Source of the DNA: an uncultured Pyrinomonadaceae bacterium
GTDB taxonomy: Bacteria > Acidobacteriota > Blastocatellia > Pyrinomonadales > Pyrinomonadaceae
Reading direction: 5' to 3'
NCBI GenBank assembly: GCA_964246705.1
Contig: CAXTRQ010000146.1
Location: 1,499 to 15,028 of the forward strand
DNA: 13,530 nucleotides
Both the position numbers and the translations under genes were made by a program. Of the stretch, positions 1 to 7,453 are shown one piece after another. Position 1 is the first letter of the stretch. Each line of letters begins with the position of its first letter. Under the pieces are notes generated by a model. The model was given only the letters and a program-made list of their open reading frames with translations, did not search any database and was not told the origin of the DNA.

Positions 1-15
1 TTCAGATACCACTCA

Positions 16-36
16 CCCCCCCCCCCCCCCCCCCCC
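16..36. repeat. Homopolymeric tract of 21 consecutive C (G21 on the minus strand), at the edge of the window, 40 nt 3' of the stop of the minus-strand gene 76..1764
   Basis: Counted directly: positions 16-36 are all C, flanked by actcA and Actgc. No other homopolymer longer than 7 nt is present in the window. Confidence 0.9.
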
Positions 37-75
37 ACTGCACCCCCGCGAAGCGTTAGAGTTACTGCTCGATGA

Positions 76-1764
76 TTATTCGGAAGCGGCGGCGTCCTTA
101 TGACTCGCCATCTTCGCCGTGACCATCGTCAGCAGGCGCGGGAACGTGCCGAGCGGTGAGCGGCTTTCGATGAGAAAGCCGTCGCCCCGCGAGATGCCGA
201 AAGCGAAACTCGGTCGCACGCCCGCCGTCGGTTGACCCGCCGCCTGACTGCCCTGACCGCCGCCCGCAAGCATCCCGCCGAGATGTTTGAGGTAATCAGT
301 ATTCGAGTTGTAATAAACGAATAAGGGGCTGCCCGTCGCATTTGCGCTCGCCGTGCGGTAAGCGGCGCTCGACGCCAGCGAGGCTGCGCCCTGCGACGTG
401 TCAATGATTCTCTCGATGGCTGCGCCGCTTTCGCTGGCGACGAAGTTGCCGCCGAGGAAGGCATAGAAATGGTCGTGGTCGTTCTTCGCCGCGTGCGTAA
501 TCTGCACGCCTTTATATTCGCGCGCCGATATTGTCTGCTCCTTAAACTTCGCCACCTTTTCGAGCGCCCGCGCGAAGCGTTCCTGATCTTTCAGATTCAG
601 GATGATTGCGCCGACGCGTTTGCCGTCTTCGGGGAGTTGCATCAGGCAAGCTTCCGCGCCGAACGCGCCGATGATTTCGCCGCGCAAGTCAACGCTCGTC
701 TTCTCGGTCAATTCTTGCAATGCATCGGCGACTGTCTTCTTACCCTTCTGCTCCGCGATTTGATTAACGACCGCCGACAGTTCGTCGAACGACTGCGGAG
801 CATTGGCAATCGAAGCGTCGAAAACCTGCGATGCATTCTCAGGGACGAGCGCCAGAAGCGCTTGGGGGGTCGGCGGATTTGACGCCAGAGCGTGCAACAA
901 GCCAGCGCCCTTGTCCGGCGCAGAGACGACGATGCGTTCCGTCACACGCCCATCAACAAAACTGCTGGTCAGCGTAATTGACTGGACGGAGTCTGCTCCG
1001 ACGCCATGAAAGAGTTGCCGGAAAGCCGCGACGCCTTCCTTTTCCTGCGCCGGTACGCTGTCAATCACGCGCGTCAAGGACGCCACGTCGAGAAAGCCGA
1101 ACAGGCCGCCGCTATAAGGAGCCTGCGCGCGCGCCTCAATGAATCGGGCGTTACCTTCCAGCGTCTTCGCCTTGCCCGCCTTCACGTCCAGAATCTTCTT
1201 GATGCCTTCGTTCGAGTTGGACACCAACAACATATTTCCTACTTGCGCGTAAGCAGCCGCATGCCCGTGCGTCGAGGCGAGGGTGTGAATTTCCACGTCG
1301 TTGTAATTTTCCGTCTGCGGCGTGAGGTTCTTCTCTTTCGCTTCGTGCAATAAATGAAGCGCGCGATTCTCGAACGTGTGCCGCGCTTCCGTGCTGGTGA
1401 ACTCTGCAATCAAGACGAACTGCGGCTGCCGTGCCGACGCCGCGCCTTCGCCGCTCACGCCGACGAGAGCCAGCGCATAGCTCGCATCAAGCACGCCCGT
1501 GTGATTCGCTCCCATCATGACGAGCGCGCTCGCCGCCTGATTATCTTTCGTGAATGCGCGCCACGCCTCCGAGTCCAACACCTGTAGAGCCTGCGCGCGT
1601 AAATTGTTGACTTCGACGAAACCGATTGTTTCGGCGGGCAGATAGCGTTCGAGTCGCGGCGATTCGGCAGCCGTCGGCATGGCGAATTTCCACGCCGTCA
1701 GCCCCAACACCATTGCGCCAACGATGATTCCGAACAAGAAAGGATTGCGTTTTAAACTTCTCAT
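76..1764 (-). CDS. Membrane-anchored (N-terminal TM / signal-anchor) periplasmic protein of unknown function, about 563 aa; length and overall features resemble the DUF3352 family (family assignment tentative)
   Basis: ORF 76..1803 (minus), stop TAA at 76-78. I prefer the internal ATG at 1762-1764 (MRSLKRNPFLFGIIVGAMVLGLTAW...) because it is preceded by GGAGG with a 7-nt spacer and starts directly with a basic N-region plus hydrophobic helix. The ORF-track start at 1803 adds 13 residues and has no RBS. The gene lies 76 nt downstream of the permease gene, same strand, with no obvious terminator in between. Confidence 0.7.
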   Translation of the reverse strand: MRSLKRNPFLFGIIVGAMVLGLTAWKFAMPTAAESPRLERYLPAETIGFVEVNNLRAQALQVLDSEAWRAFTKDNQAASALVMMGANHTGVLDASYALALVGVSGEGAASARQPQFVLIAEFTSTEARHTFENRALHLLHEAKEKNLTPQTENYNDVEIHTLASTHGHAAAYAQVGNMLLVSNSNEGIKKILDVKAGKAKTLEGNARFIEARAQAPYSGGLFGFLDVASLTRVIDSVPAQEKEGVAAFRQLFHGVGADSVQSITLTSSFVDGRVTERIVVSAPDKGAGLLHALASNPPTPQALLALVPENASQVFDASIANAPQSFDELSAVVNQIAEQKGKKTVADALQELTEKTSVDLRGEIIGAFGAEACLMQLPEDGKRVGAIILNLKDQERFARALEKVAKFKEQTISAREYKGVQITHAAKNDHDHFYAFLGGNFVASESGAAIERIIDTSQGAASLASSAAYRTASANATGSPLFVYYNSNTDYLKHLGGMLAGGGQGSQAAGQPTAGVRPSFAFGISRGDGFLIESRSPLGTFPRLLTMVTAKMASHKDAAASE

Positions 1765-1840
1765 CCTGATACCTCCATCAATGAAGCCCTGTACTTCAAT
1801 CAAAAGTTTTACACACTGCCGCAGCCGGAACTCGCGTCAG

Positions 1841-2647
1841 TTATTTCATCTCTTTGCGGGCGAAGATGTACTGCGCCGCGAGGTAGAGTCCGGCGGTCAC
1901 GAGCAGCATCCAGATAATCGGCAACGGCTCAAGATTGCCGTAGAACTCAAGGTTCGCCTTCTGCCCGTGCGAATTTCTCACCATGCGGCTGACAACCACC
2001 TCCAACAATTTCTCTCCCCAAAAATAGAACATGGCGATCAGCGAAATTGCTCCGGCGATAACCGCCACCCACCATTTTTCAAAGAGCACGGAAAACAGAA
2101 ACGTCGCCGAAAAGACCATCAACGCGATCACGCCCGTCCACAGAGTTCCGCGCAGTGCGTTGGTCGCCACGCGAACAAACTCGCTCCACGAACCCTCAAA
2201 TGTGACGCCGCTCGCGGCGGCGACCATCAGGAAATAGACCAGCGCCAGCGTTGTCAGAATCGAAAGCCCGACGCACGTCACCGTCTGCACCGCGCCGATT
2301 GTGAACTTGAAGGCGAGCACGTGCCAACGCCGCACAGGCCGTTCAAGGAGAAAAAAGACACTCCGATTTTCAATCTCCGCGCCGACCGCGCCGACCGCAT
2401 AGAAGGCGAGCAGAAACAGTCCCGCCGTGACCAGAAAAATAGTCTGTGCAATCAGCGTTACCTGTAACACCTGCGTGGCTGCTCCGTCGTTGAGCGTCAT
2501 CAGGTCAAACCGCGCGTTCTCTTTAAACGCGACGACGAGGCCACCGATGATGGCCGGAATATGAAAGGCCCCCGCGAAGGCCAGCCATTTCCAGCGCGTC
2601 TCGCGCCATTCTTTCCACAGCATCGCCCTCAACATTTCAGCGTTCAT
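1841..2647 (-). CDS. ABC transporter permease, ABC-2 type (about six predicted TM helices)
   Basis: 268-aa, highly hydrophobic ORF with multiple TM segments. The ATG at 2645-2647 is 2 nt from the TGA stop (2650-2652) of the upstream ATPase gene, a typical translationally coupled ATPase/permease pair. Stop TAA at 1841-1843. Confidence 0.8.
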   Translation of the reverse strand: MNAEMLRAMLWKEWRETRWKWLAFAGAFHIPAIIGGLVVAFKENARFDLMTLNDGAATQVLQVTLIAQTIFLVTAGLFLLAFYAVGAVGAEIENRSVFFLLERPVRRWHVLAFKFTIGAVQTVTCVGLSILTTLALVYFLMVAAASGVTFEGSWSEFVRVATNALRGTLWTGVIALMVFSATFLFSVLFEKWWVAVIAGAISLIAMFYFWGEKLLEVVVSRMVRNSHGQKANLEFYGNLEPLPIIWMLLVTAGLYLAAQYIFARKEMK

Positions 2648-2649
2648 CT

Positions 2650-3576
2650 TCAGGCTGACCTCCGCGCGCGCGCGCCGCGCACCGAATCAACAAAAATCTC
2701 TTCCAGAGACATCGAGAGAACTTCCGGCTCTGCGATGCCGCGCTCGCCCAGCACGCCCAACATCTCTTCGTTCCACTGGCTGAGCGTCAAAATTTGTTCG
2801 TGCCGCCCGTTCTCAATCGCCAGCAGTCCGGGCAAGCCCGCCACGTCCGGCCTCGTCCCGTTCGTCGCATAACGCACGCGCTTGTGCGAACTCTTCAACT
2901 CGTCCACGGAAGAAGTCACGATCAACTCGCCGCCGTTGATAATCCCGACATAATCAGCCACGCGCTCGACCTCTTCGACGATGTGCGAAGAGAAGAGCAC
3001 GGTCTTTCCCTCTTCACCGATTTCTGCGACGATGTTTTCGATAAAATCGCGGCGCACTATCGGGTCGAGTCCAGATGTCGGCTCGTCGAGAATAATCAGT
3101 TCGGGATTGTATGAGAGCGCCAGCAGCAGGCAGACGCGCGCGCGATTGCCACGCGACAACTGCTTGATGCGCCTGTCGGGCGGCAGGTCGAAACGCTTGA
3201 GCAGGCTCGCCGCCTTCTCGTCGTCCCAAGTATCATGAAACGCGCGCGTGAACTTGATGCTTTCGGCTACCGTCATCCAATCGTAGAGATAACGATTCTC
3301 CGAAACGTAGGCCACACGCTTGCGAATCTCCAAGAGGTCTTCGGCGAGCGTGCGACCGAGTACCCGCACCTGCCCGGTCGTCGGCTTGAGATGCCCGACA
3401 ATCATCTTGATGATCGTGGATTTGCCCGCGCCGTTAACGCCTAACAACCCGAACACGGTTCCCTTCAGCACGCGTAGGTCAACATCGCGCACGGCTTCGA
3501 GTTTGCCGAAGTTGCGTCCCAGACCGGCAGTCTCAATGGCGTAATCATTCAATTCGTAATCGTTCGTCGCGCTCAT
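2650..3576 (-). CDS. ABC transporter ATP-binding protein
   Basis: Walker A GVNGAGKST, ABC signature LSRGNRARV, Walker B ILDEPTSGLD and an H-loop (SSH) are all present in the 308-aa translation. ATG at 3574-3576, stop TGA at 2650-2652. Confidence 0.9.
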   Translation of the reverse strand: MSATNDYELNDYAIETAGLGRNFGKLEAVRDVDLRVLKGTVFGLLGVNGAGKSTIIKMIVGHLKPTTGQVRVLGRTLAEDLLEIRKRVAYVSENRYLYDWMTVAESIKFTRAFHDTWDDEKAASLLKRFDLPPDRRIKQLSRGNRARVCLLLALSYNPELIILDEPTSGLDPIVRRDFIENIVAEIGEEGKTVLFSSHIVEEVERVADYVGIINGGELIVTSSVDELKSSHKRVRYATNGTRPDVAGLPGLLAIENGRHEQILTLSQWNEEMLGVLGERGIAEPEVLSMSLEEIFVDSVRGARARRSA

Positions 3577-3613
3577 AAATTAGTCCCACTCAATCATCGA
3601 ATATCGCAAAGCT

Positions 3614-4024
3614 TTACTTCCCCGCCACCTTCTCCGCAGCCCGCGCCGAAAGGATTTTTTCCAGCACGCGGTTGAACGAATCGCGCAACTCCGTCTCGCT
3701 CAAGCCGAGATTGACGCCCTCAACCAGAGCCTTTTCCAAAAGTTCGCTCAAAACTTTGCGCCGGTCGTTCTTCGACATCTCGACGCCCTGACCGGAAACG
3801 AACGTGCCCTGTCCCTGCCGCTTGTAGATAATGCCTTCGTATTCGAGGTCGAGATATGCACGCGCGACGGTGTTCGGGTTGACAGCCAGTTCGACCGCCA
3901 GTTGCCGCACGGACGGCAGAGGGTCTTCGGGCTGAAGTCGCCCCATCGCAATGCCTGTCTTAATCTGGCTGACAATCTGCATGTAGATGGGCAGCCCGCT
4001 CGACGCATCAATTGAAATAAACAA
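3614..4024 (-). CDS. GntR-family transcriptional regulator, short YtrA-like type (winged HTH plus short C-terminal helix); probable repressor of the downstream ABC transporter operon
   Basis: 136 aa. The N-terminal motif LPIYMQIVSQIKTGIAMGRLQPEDPLPSVRQLAVELAVNPNTVARAYLDLEYEGIIYKRQGQGTFV is a canonical GntR winged-helix domain, and the short length matches the YtrA subfamily. Start is TTG at 4022-4024; stop TAA at 3614-3616; 37-nt gap to the ATPase gene. Confidence 0.85.
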   Translation of the reverse strand: MFISIDASSGLPIYMQIVSQIKTGIAMGRLQPEDPLPSVRQLAVELAVNPNTVARAYLDLEYEGIIYKRQGQGTFVSGQGVEMSKNDRRKVLSELLEKALVEGVNLGLSETELRDSFNRVLEKILSARAAEKVAGK

Positions 4025-4041
4025 TCTTGCACCACCGTCAC

Positions 4042-4065
4042 ACTGTATTAACTGACTAATACAGT
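4042..4065. promoter_or_regulatory. Perfect inverted repeat ACTGTATTA-N6-TAATACAGT, candidate operator for the adjacent GntR/YtrA-like repressor (autoregulation)
   Basis: 9-bp arms with 6-bp spacer read directly from the sequence. It lies 18-41 bp upstream of the GntR start and overlaps the predicted -10 and transcription start. YtrA-type GntR regulators characteristically bind palindromes of this size. Confidence 0.45.
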
Positions 4066-4089
4066 AATGGCCTATACGGAGACTGTCAA
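4061..4089 (-). promoter_or_regulatory. Sigma70-type promoter for the GntR-ABC operon: -35 TTGACA (plus coordinates 4084-4089), 17-nt spacer, -10 TACTGT (4061-4066)
   Basis: The minus-strand sequence reads cTTGACAgtctccgtataggccatTACTGT. The -35 is a perfect consensus match, the spacing is 17 nt, and the -10 matches 4 of 6. The position is right for a transcript starting about 30 nt upstream of the TTG start codon. Confidence 0.4.
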
Positions 4090-4110
4090 GAGGAAGTTTC
4101 AGCGAGTTCC

Positions 4111-4158
4111 AAAAAAAGTTTCGGCCACCCTCTGTCGAGAGTGGCCGAAACTTTTGAG
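4111..4158 (-). terminator. Rho-independent terminator for the flotillin-like gene, structurally bidirectional
   Basis: A 14-bp perfect stem AAAGTTTCGGCCAC (4115-4128) pairs with GTGGCCGAAACTTT (4141-4154), around a 12-nt loop. On the plus strand it is preceded by A7 (4111-4117), which is U7 after the hairpin on the minus-strand transcript. On the plus strand it is followed by TTTTGAGTT. It lies 29 nt downstream of the TAA stop (4183-4185) of the 737-aa gene. Confidence 0.6.
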
Positions 4159-4182
4159 TTGCATGCTGCCGCTGCGCCGGGG

Positions 4183-6396
4183 TTACTTGGCTATCGTTTT
4201 CGCGCCGTTGCCCGTCGTCCCGTTTCCGGTTGGCTGGTCAATGCCGCCGATGCGGTCGCGGAACAGGTTGAGCAGGAGCAACGTACCGAGTCCTCCGCCC
4301 GCGCTGTCGCCGCTTCCGCCCGTCGCCATCACGTCGGGCGTGATACGGACGCCTTTTTCGCCGATGACCCTGAGAGTTTCAACGAGCGCGACGCCCTGCG
4401 CGCCGAGCGCGTTGACCTGCTCATGATAGGCGACGCCCTGCGCTTCGCCCATCAGTCGCACCTTTTCAGCTTCGGCTTTACCTGTGGCGAGAATGTAGTG
4501 CGCCTCGCCATCGGCTTCGGCCTTGCGTTGCTCGGAACGCTTGCCCGCGATGTCTACGCCGACGGTGGCGGCCATCAAGTCTTTCTGGTTATCGGCCTGC
4601 GCGCTGATGCGCGCCAACTGGATGCGCTTCTCTTCGGCCTCGCGCTGCGCGTCGTACATGTTCTGTCGCTGCTCGGCGAGAATCTTCTCGGTCTGCGTCT
4701 TCATCAACTCTGCGGGCAGATGAATATGGCAGATGAGCACGTTGACGACATCCACGTGATATTTCAGCAGGTGTGAACGCACACGGGCTTCGGCCCGCTC
4801 CTGCTCTTCGTGACGGTTTTGCAAGTAGGCCATCGCCGAAGATTCCGACGCCTGATTGCGGAATATCGAGTCAATCAGCGGGTGCATCACGTTCTGAATC
4901 AGGCGGTCAATCGAGCCGATCTTGGCGACCATAAACGGTGCGTCCTCCGGCTTGACGCGAAAGACGACGCGTACTTCCAACTGCATCGTGAAGCCGTCCT
5001 TCGAGATGACCTCGAAGGGGTTGAAGGTATTCGCCACTTCGCCCGCTGTCCATTCGACCGTCTGGTTTGTCGTCGGGATAACGATGGGCGAAATGGCGAG
5101 CGTGTTGACGTAATAGCGACCGGGGCCGACGACCGTCTCCTGTATGCCTCGATAACCTTCGGGGACGACGTAAGCCTCGTGCGCGCCTTCGTCGAGCCGA
5201 CGGTCTGCGGGGTCGCTGGACATGAGGTCTTCCTTAATCTCAGCGACGGCGCGATCTTCGTTGTCGAGTTTGTCGAGCCGCGCGACGGCCTGCGCGACAT
5301 GCTCATTTTCCTCGCGCTCCATGCGCTCGCGCACCTTGTTTGCCATCACGCGGCGGATCTCTTCCGAAGGGTCTTTGCCGACGTTCGAGACGATGACGGC
5401 GACCTCGCCCGGCCTGATCTCTTTCGCCGATTCCGGGATAACTTTAAAGACGAGCGGATTGATGTAGTAAGTACCGGGCAGCAGGATATCTTTCTGCGGG
5501 CCGCGCTGTCCGCCGCGACTGATGAATTCGTTGCAGTCCTGAAAGTTGTCGTGACCGACAACCGGCGTGGCAACGTAGTCGCGCGGGTCGAGCGGCGCAC
5601 CGTCCAGAGCTTCGACCAGTCCGATCTGGTTTTCATTAATCACGGTCGCATCGTAGAGACGAATAGTGAAGAGGCCGGGTTTTATTTCCGTGCCGCCCGC
5701 GATTGGGGCGGACTGCGTCAGGATGCGATATGTTCCCGGCGTTAGAATTTCGACCTGCGGCCCTCTCTGCCCGCCGCTTGCGATGAACTGTTCGGCGTCC
5801 TGATAGTTGCGGTGGCCTTCGATGGCCTTGCCGTGCAGACGCCCGGCATCAAGCGGGTCGCCGTCGGCTGCCGTGATGACGCCGACCTTGCCCGGCGGAA
5901 TCATCGTCACCTTGGCGATGGAGACGCGAAACAGGTACGGGTGAATCGGCCACAGTCCGGGCGGGAGCGTCCGCAGTTGGATGCCCTTGACGCCGCCCTG
6001 CTTGATGAAGGCAATCGGGTCTTGGAAATTATTGTGTGCGTTCTGCGCGCGGTCGGGGGCGAAGATGCGTCCGGGGGGCATCGGCGCGCCGTCAATCGCT
6101 TCGACGATGCCGAGTTCGTCCGCGCCAACCTCGATGAGCGGCATTTTGCTCACCACCTTCTCCGTGATGGGGTTGATAAAGTGCAGCCCCGGCTTGAGCA
6201 CGTCCGCCTGAATGCCGACCTCGCCTTCCGTCGCGACGACTCTTCCGGGCGGCATCTTCGCGCCGAAGTAGCGCCGCTCTTTGATGGCAATCTCGCGCGC
6301 GCCGACGTTGACCAGAAAGCGGCCAAGCACGACGAGCAGCACGATGAGCGCAATAAAACCGACGACGAGATAGGGAATATAAGCGTTGATATTCAT
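4183..6396 (-). CDS. SPFH/band-7 (flotillin-like) membrane protein, 737 aa, with N-terminal TM anchor and an N-terminal region made of three tandem ~85-aa repeats preceding the SPFH domain and the Ala/Glu-rich flotillin C-terminal region
   Basis: ATG at 6394-6396, preceded by GAGGA with a 5-nt spacer. The TM helix is MNINAYIPYLVVGFIALIVLLVVLG. The C-terminal half has the SPFH core (FEVISKDGFTMQLEVRVVFRV...) followed by an EA-rich coiled-coil region typical of YqiK/FloT-type flotillins. The internal repeats are read directly from the translation and are detailed in the findings. Confidence 0.85.
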   Translation of the reverse strand: MNINAYIPYLVVGFIALIVLLVVLGRFLVNVGAREIAIKERRYFGAKMPPGRVVATEGEVGIQADVLKPGLHFINPITEKVVSKMPLIEVGADELGIVEAIDGAPMPPGRIFAPDRAQNAHNNFQDPIAFIKQGGVKGIQLRTLPPGLWPIHPYLFRVSIAKVTMIPPGKVGVITAADGDPLDAGRLHGKAIEGHRNYQDAEQFIASGGQRGPQVEILTPGTYRILTQSAPIAGGTEIKPGLFTIRLYDATVINENQIGLVEALDGAPLDPRDYVATPVVGHDNFQDCNEFISRGGQRGPQKDILLPGTYYINPLVFKVIPESAKEIRPGEVAVIVSNVGKDPSEEIRRVMANKVRERMEREENEHVAQAVARLDKLDNEDRAVAEIKEDLMSSDPADRRLDEGAHEAYVVPEGYRGIQETVVGPGRYYVNTLAISPIVIPTTNQTVEWTAGEVANTFNPFEVISKDGFTMQLEVRVVFRVKPEDAPFMVAKIGSIDRLIQNVMHPLIDSIFRNQASESSAMAYLQNRHEEQERAEARVRSHLLKYHVDVVNVLICHIHLPAELMKTQTEKILAEQRQNMYDAQREAEEKRIQLARISAQADNQKDLMAATVGVDIAGKRSEQRKAEADGEAHYILATGKAEAEKVRLMGEAQGVAYHEQVNALGAQGVALVETLRVIGEKGVRITPDVMATGGSGDSAGGGLGTLLLLNLFRDRIGGIDQPTGNGTTGNGAKTIAK

Positions 6397-6426
6397 GTTT
6401 TTCCTCTGTGTGAAGCCGACAACTTT

Positions 6427-7179
6427 TCATCCGGCTTCATGGGGATTGGAAGCCCTCCGCGCGGTCGTCGTCGTAGAGAGTTGACGGCGCGCGTCGGCGA
6501 GCGTTTCTTTCAAGACAAAGCCTGCGCCCGAACGCTTTGCATCTGCGCCGAGCACCCAGTATTCGCTCTCAAAAAGCTGGTTCAAGCCCTCGGCTGTAAA
6601 TTCCGGCAGGCTTCCCGTCTTCCAGCTTTCAAGGACGGCTTCGACCACTTTCTCGTAGACCGCCGCATCGTCCGAGAGCGCGGCGATGTGCAGCAGGGTG
6701 GTGATTGAGACTTGATCTGACGCGAGTCGCCACGCCATCAGGAGAACTTTTGCGAAAACGTCATCGGCCCGCAATTCCTTGTGCTCGATGATGTATGCAG
6801 CCAGCGCGCAGAGTCTCTCCACATCCTTGGAGCCGCCCCAAATTACTGCGTCCAGCACTTCTCCGTAAAATTTGGCATCTCCCGTTTGATGAGCCTCGAT
6901 GAGCACGGCGAAGTCGCCGGATTTGGCGCGTTCGCGGATGGCTTTGAAGAGTTGCGCGCGCGCATCGGGCGGCTGCATTCCGTCTCTGAGATTTTTATAA
7001 TTAGAAGTGGGGTCGTCGAAGAGGCCGCGCGCTGGCGGCCATTGATGGCTCTCCAGCATTTCGCAACTGGACGACGAGCGTTTCGTGCGGAAGATTGCGA
7101 AAGAGGTAATAACGAGCAGGATAATTGAGATAATTAGGACGGCGCTCACTCTACTTACGCCTTCTACGCCCTCCGGCAC
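6427..7179 (-). CDS. Hypothetical single-pass membrane protein (N-terminal TM helix VSAVLIISIILLVITSFAIF followed by a ~200-aa predominantly helical soluble domain); probable operon partner of the flotillin-like gene
   Basis: 250-aa ORF. Its stop TGA at 6427-6429 lies 30 nt upstream of the flotillin ATG, on the same strand. The start is uncertain: the ORF-track start is GTG 7177-7179 with no SD, and an in-frame GTG 27 nt downstream (VSAVLI...) is also possible. I recognise no known family. Confidence 0.55.
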   Translation of the reverse strand: MPEGVEGVSRVSAVLIISIILLVITSFAIFRTKRSSSSCEMLESHQWPPARGLFDDPTSNYKNLRDGMQPPDARAQLFKAIRERAKSGDFAVLIEAHQTGDAKFYGEVLDAVIWGGSKDVERLCALAAYIIEHKELRADDVFAKVLLMAWRLASDQVSITTLLHIAALSDDAAVYEKVVEAVLESWKTGSLPEFTAEGLNQLFESEYWVLGADAKRSGAGFVLKETLADARRQLSTTTTARRASNPHEAG

Positions 7180-7453
7180 GCTGGCGGCCTATTTGAAAGG
7201 CTCTCGTTCGACGCCGCGCGGCGGGCATTGTTCGTTGATATTATACGCGTGCGGCAAGGGAAAGTTCTAACATCCGAGTCTATCCTCGAAATCGCAAAGG
7301 TGTTGCTCAAGCCGCCGAAGGATACGCCTTTATTTCGCGGAAAAGGCGCGACTCTTTTATCTCACTCCGCGTACAAATGCAACGGGACGAGTGACGAGAG
7401 CTTTAAAGCTTCTCGCCGCCCGTCCGTTGCGCGCCGGGGTGGGAACCTTGTCG

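Noticed and set aside
1765-1803. ORF-track start (MIEVQGFIDGGIR...) of the DUF3352-like gene
   Set aside because: The internal ATG at 1762-1764 is preceded by GGAGG at optimal spacing and begins directly with the signal-anchor; the extension has no RBS.
2655-2680. Alternating (CG)n run (ccgcgcgcgcgcgccgcgc) with Z-DNA potential
   Set aside because: It lies inside the 3' end of the ABC ATPase coding sequence, where it simply encodes an Arg/Ala-rich tail (RGARARRSA). It is not intergenic and not repeated elsewhere.
4810-5745. 311-aa plus-strand ORF, together with 5812..6708 (plus), 4141..4776 (plus), 1679..2467 (plus), 469..882 (plus), 1006..1353 (plus), 2794..3114 (plus) and similar
   Set aside because: All lie antisense to long, domain-bearing minus-strand genes (flotillin, ABC components, DUF3352-like). 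Their translations are Arg/Ala/Asp-rich with no recognisable motifs, and long antisense ORFs are expected by chance at this GC content.
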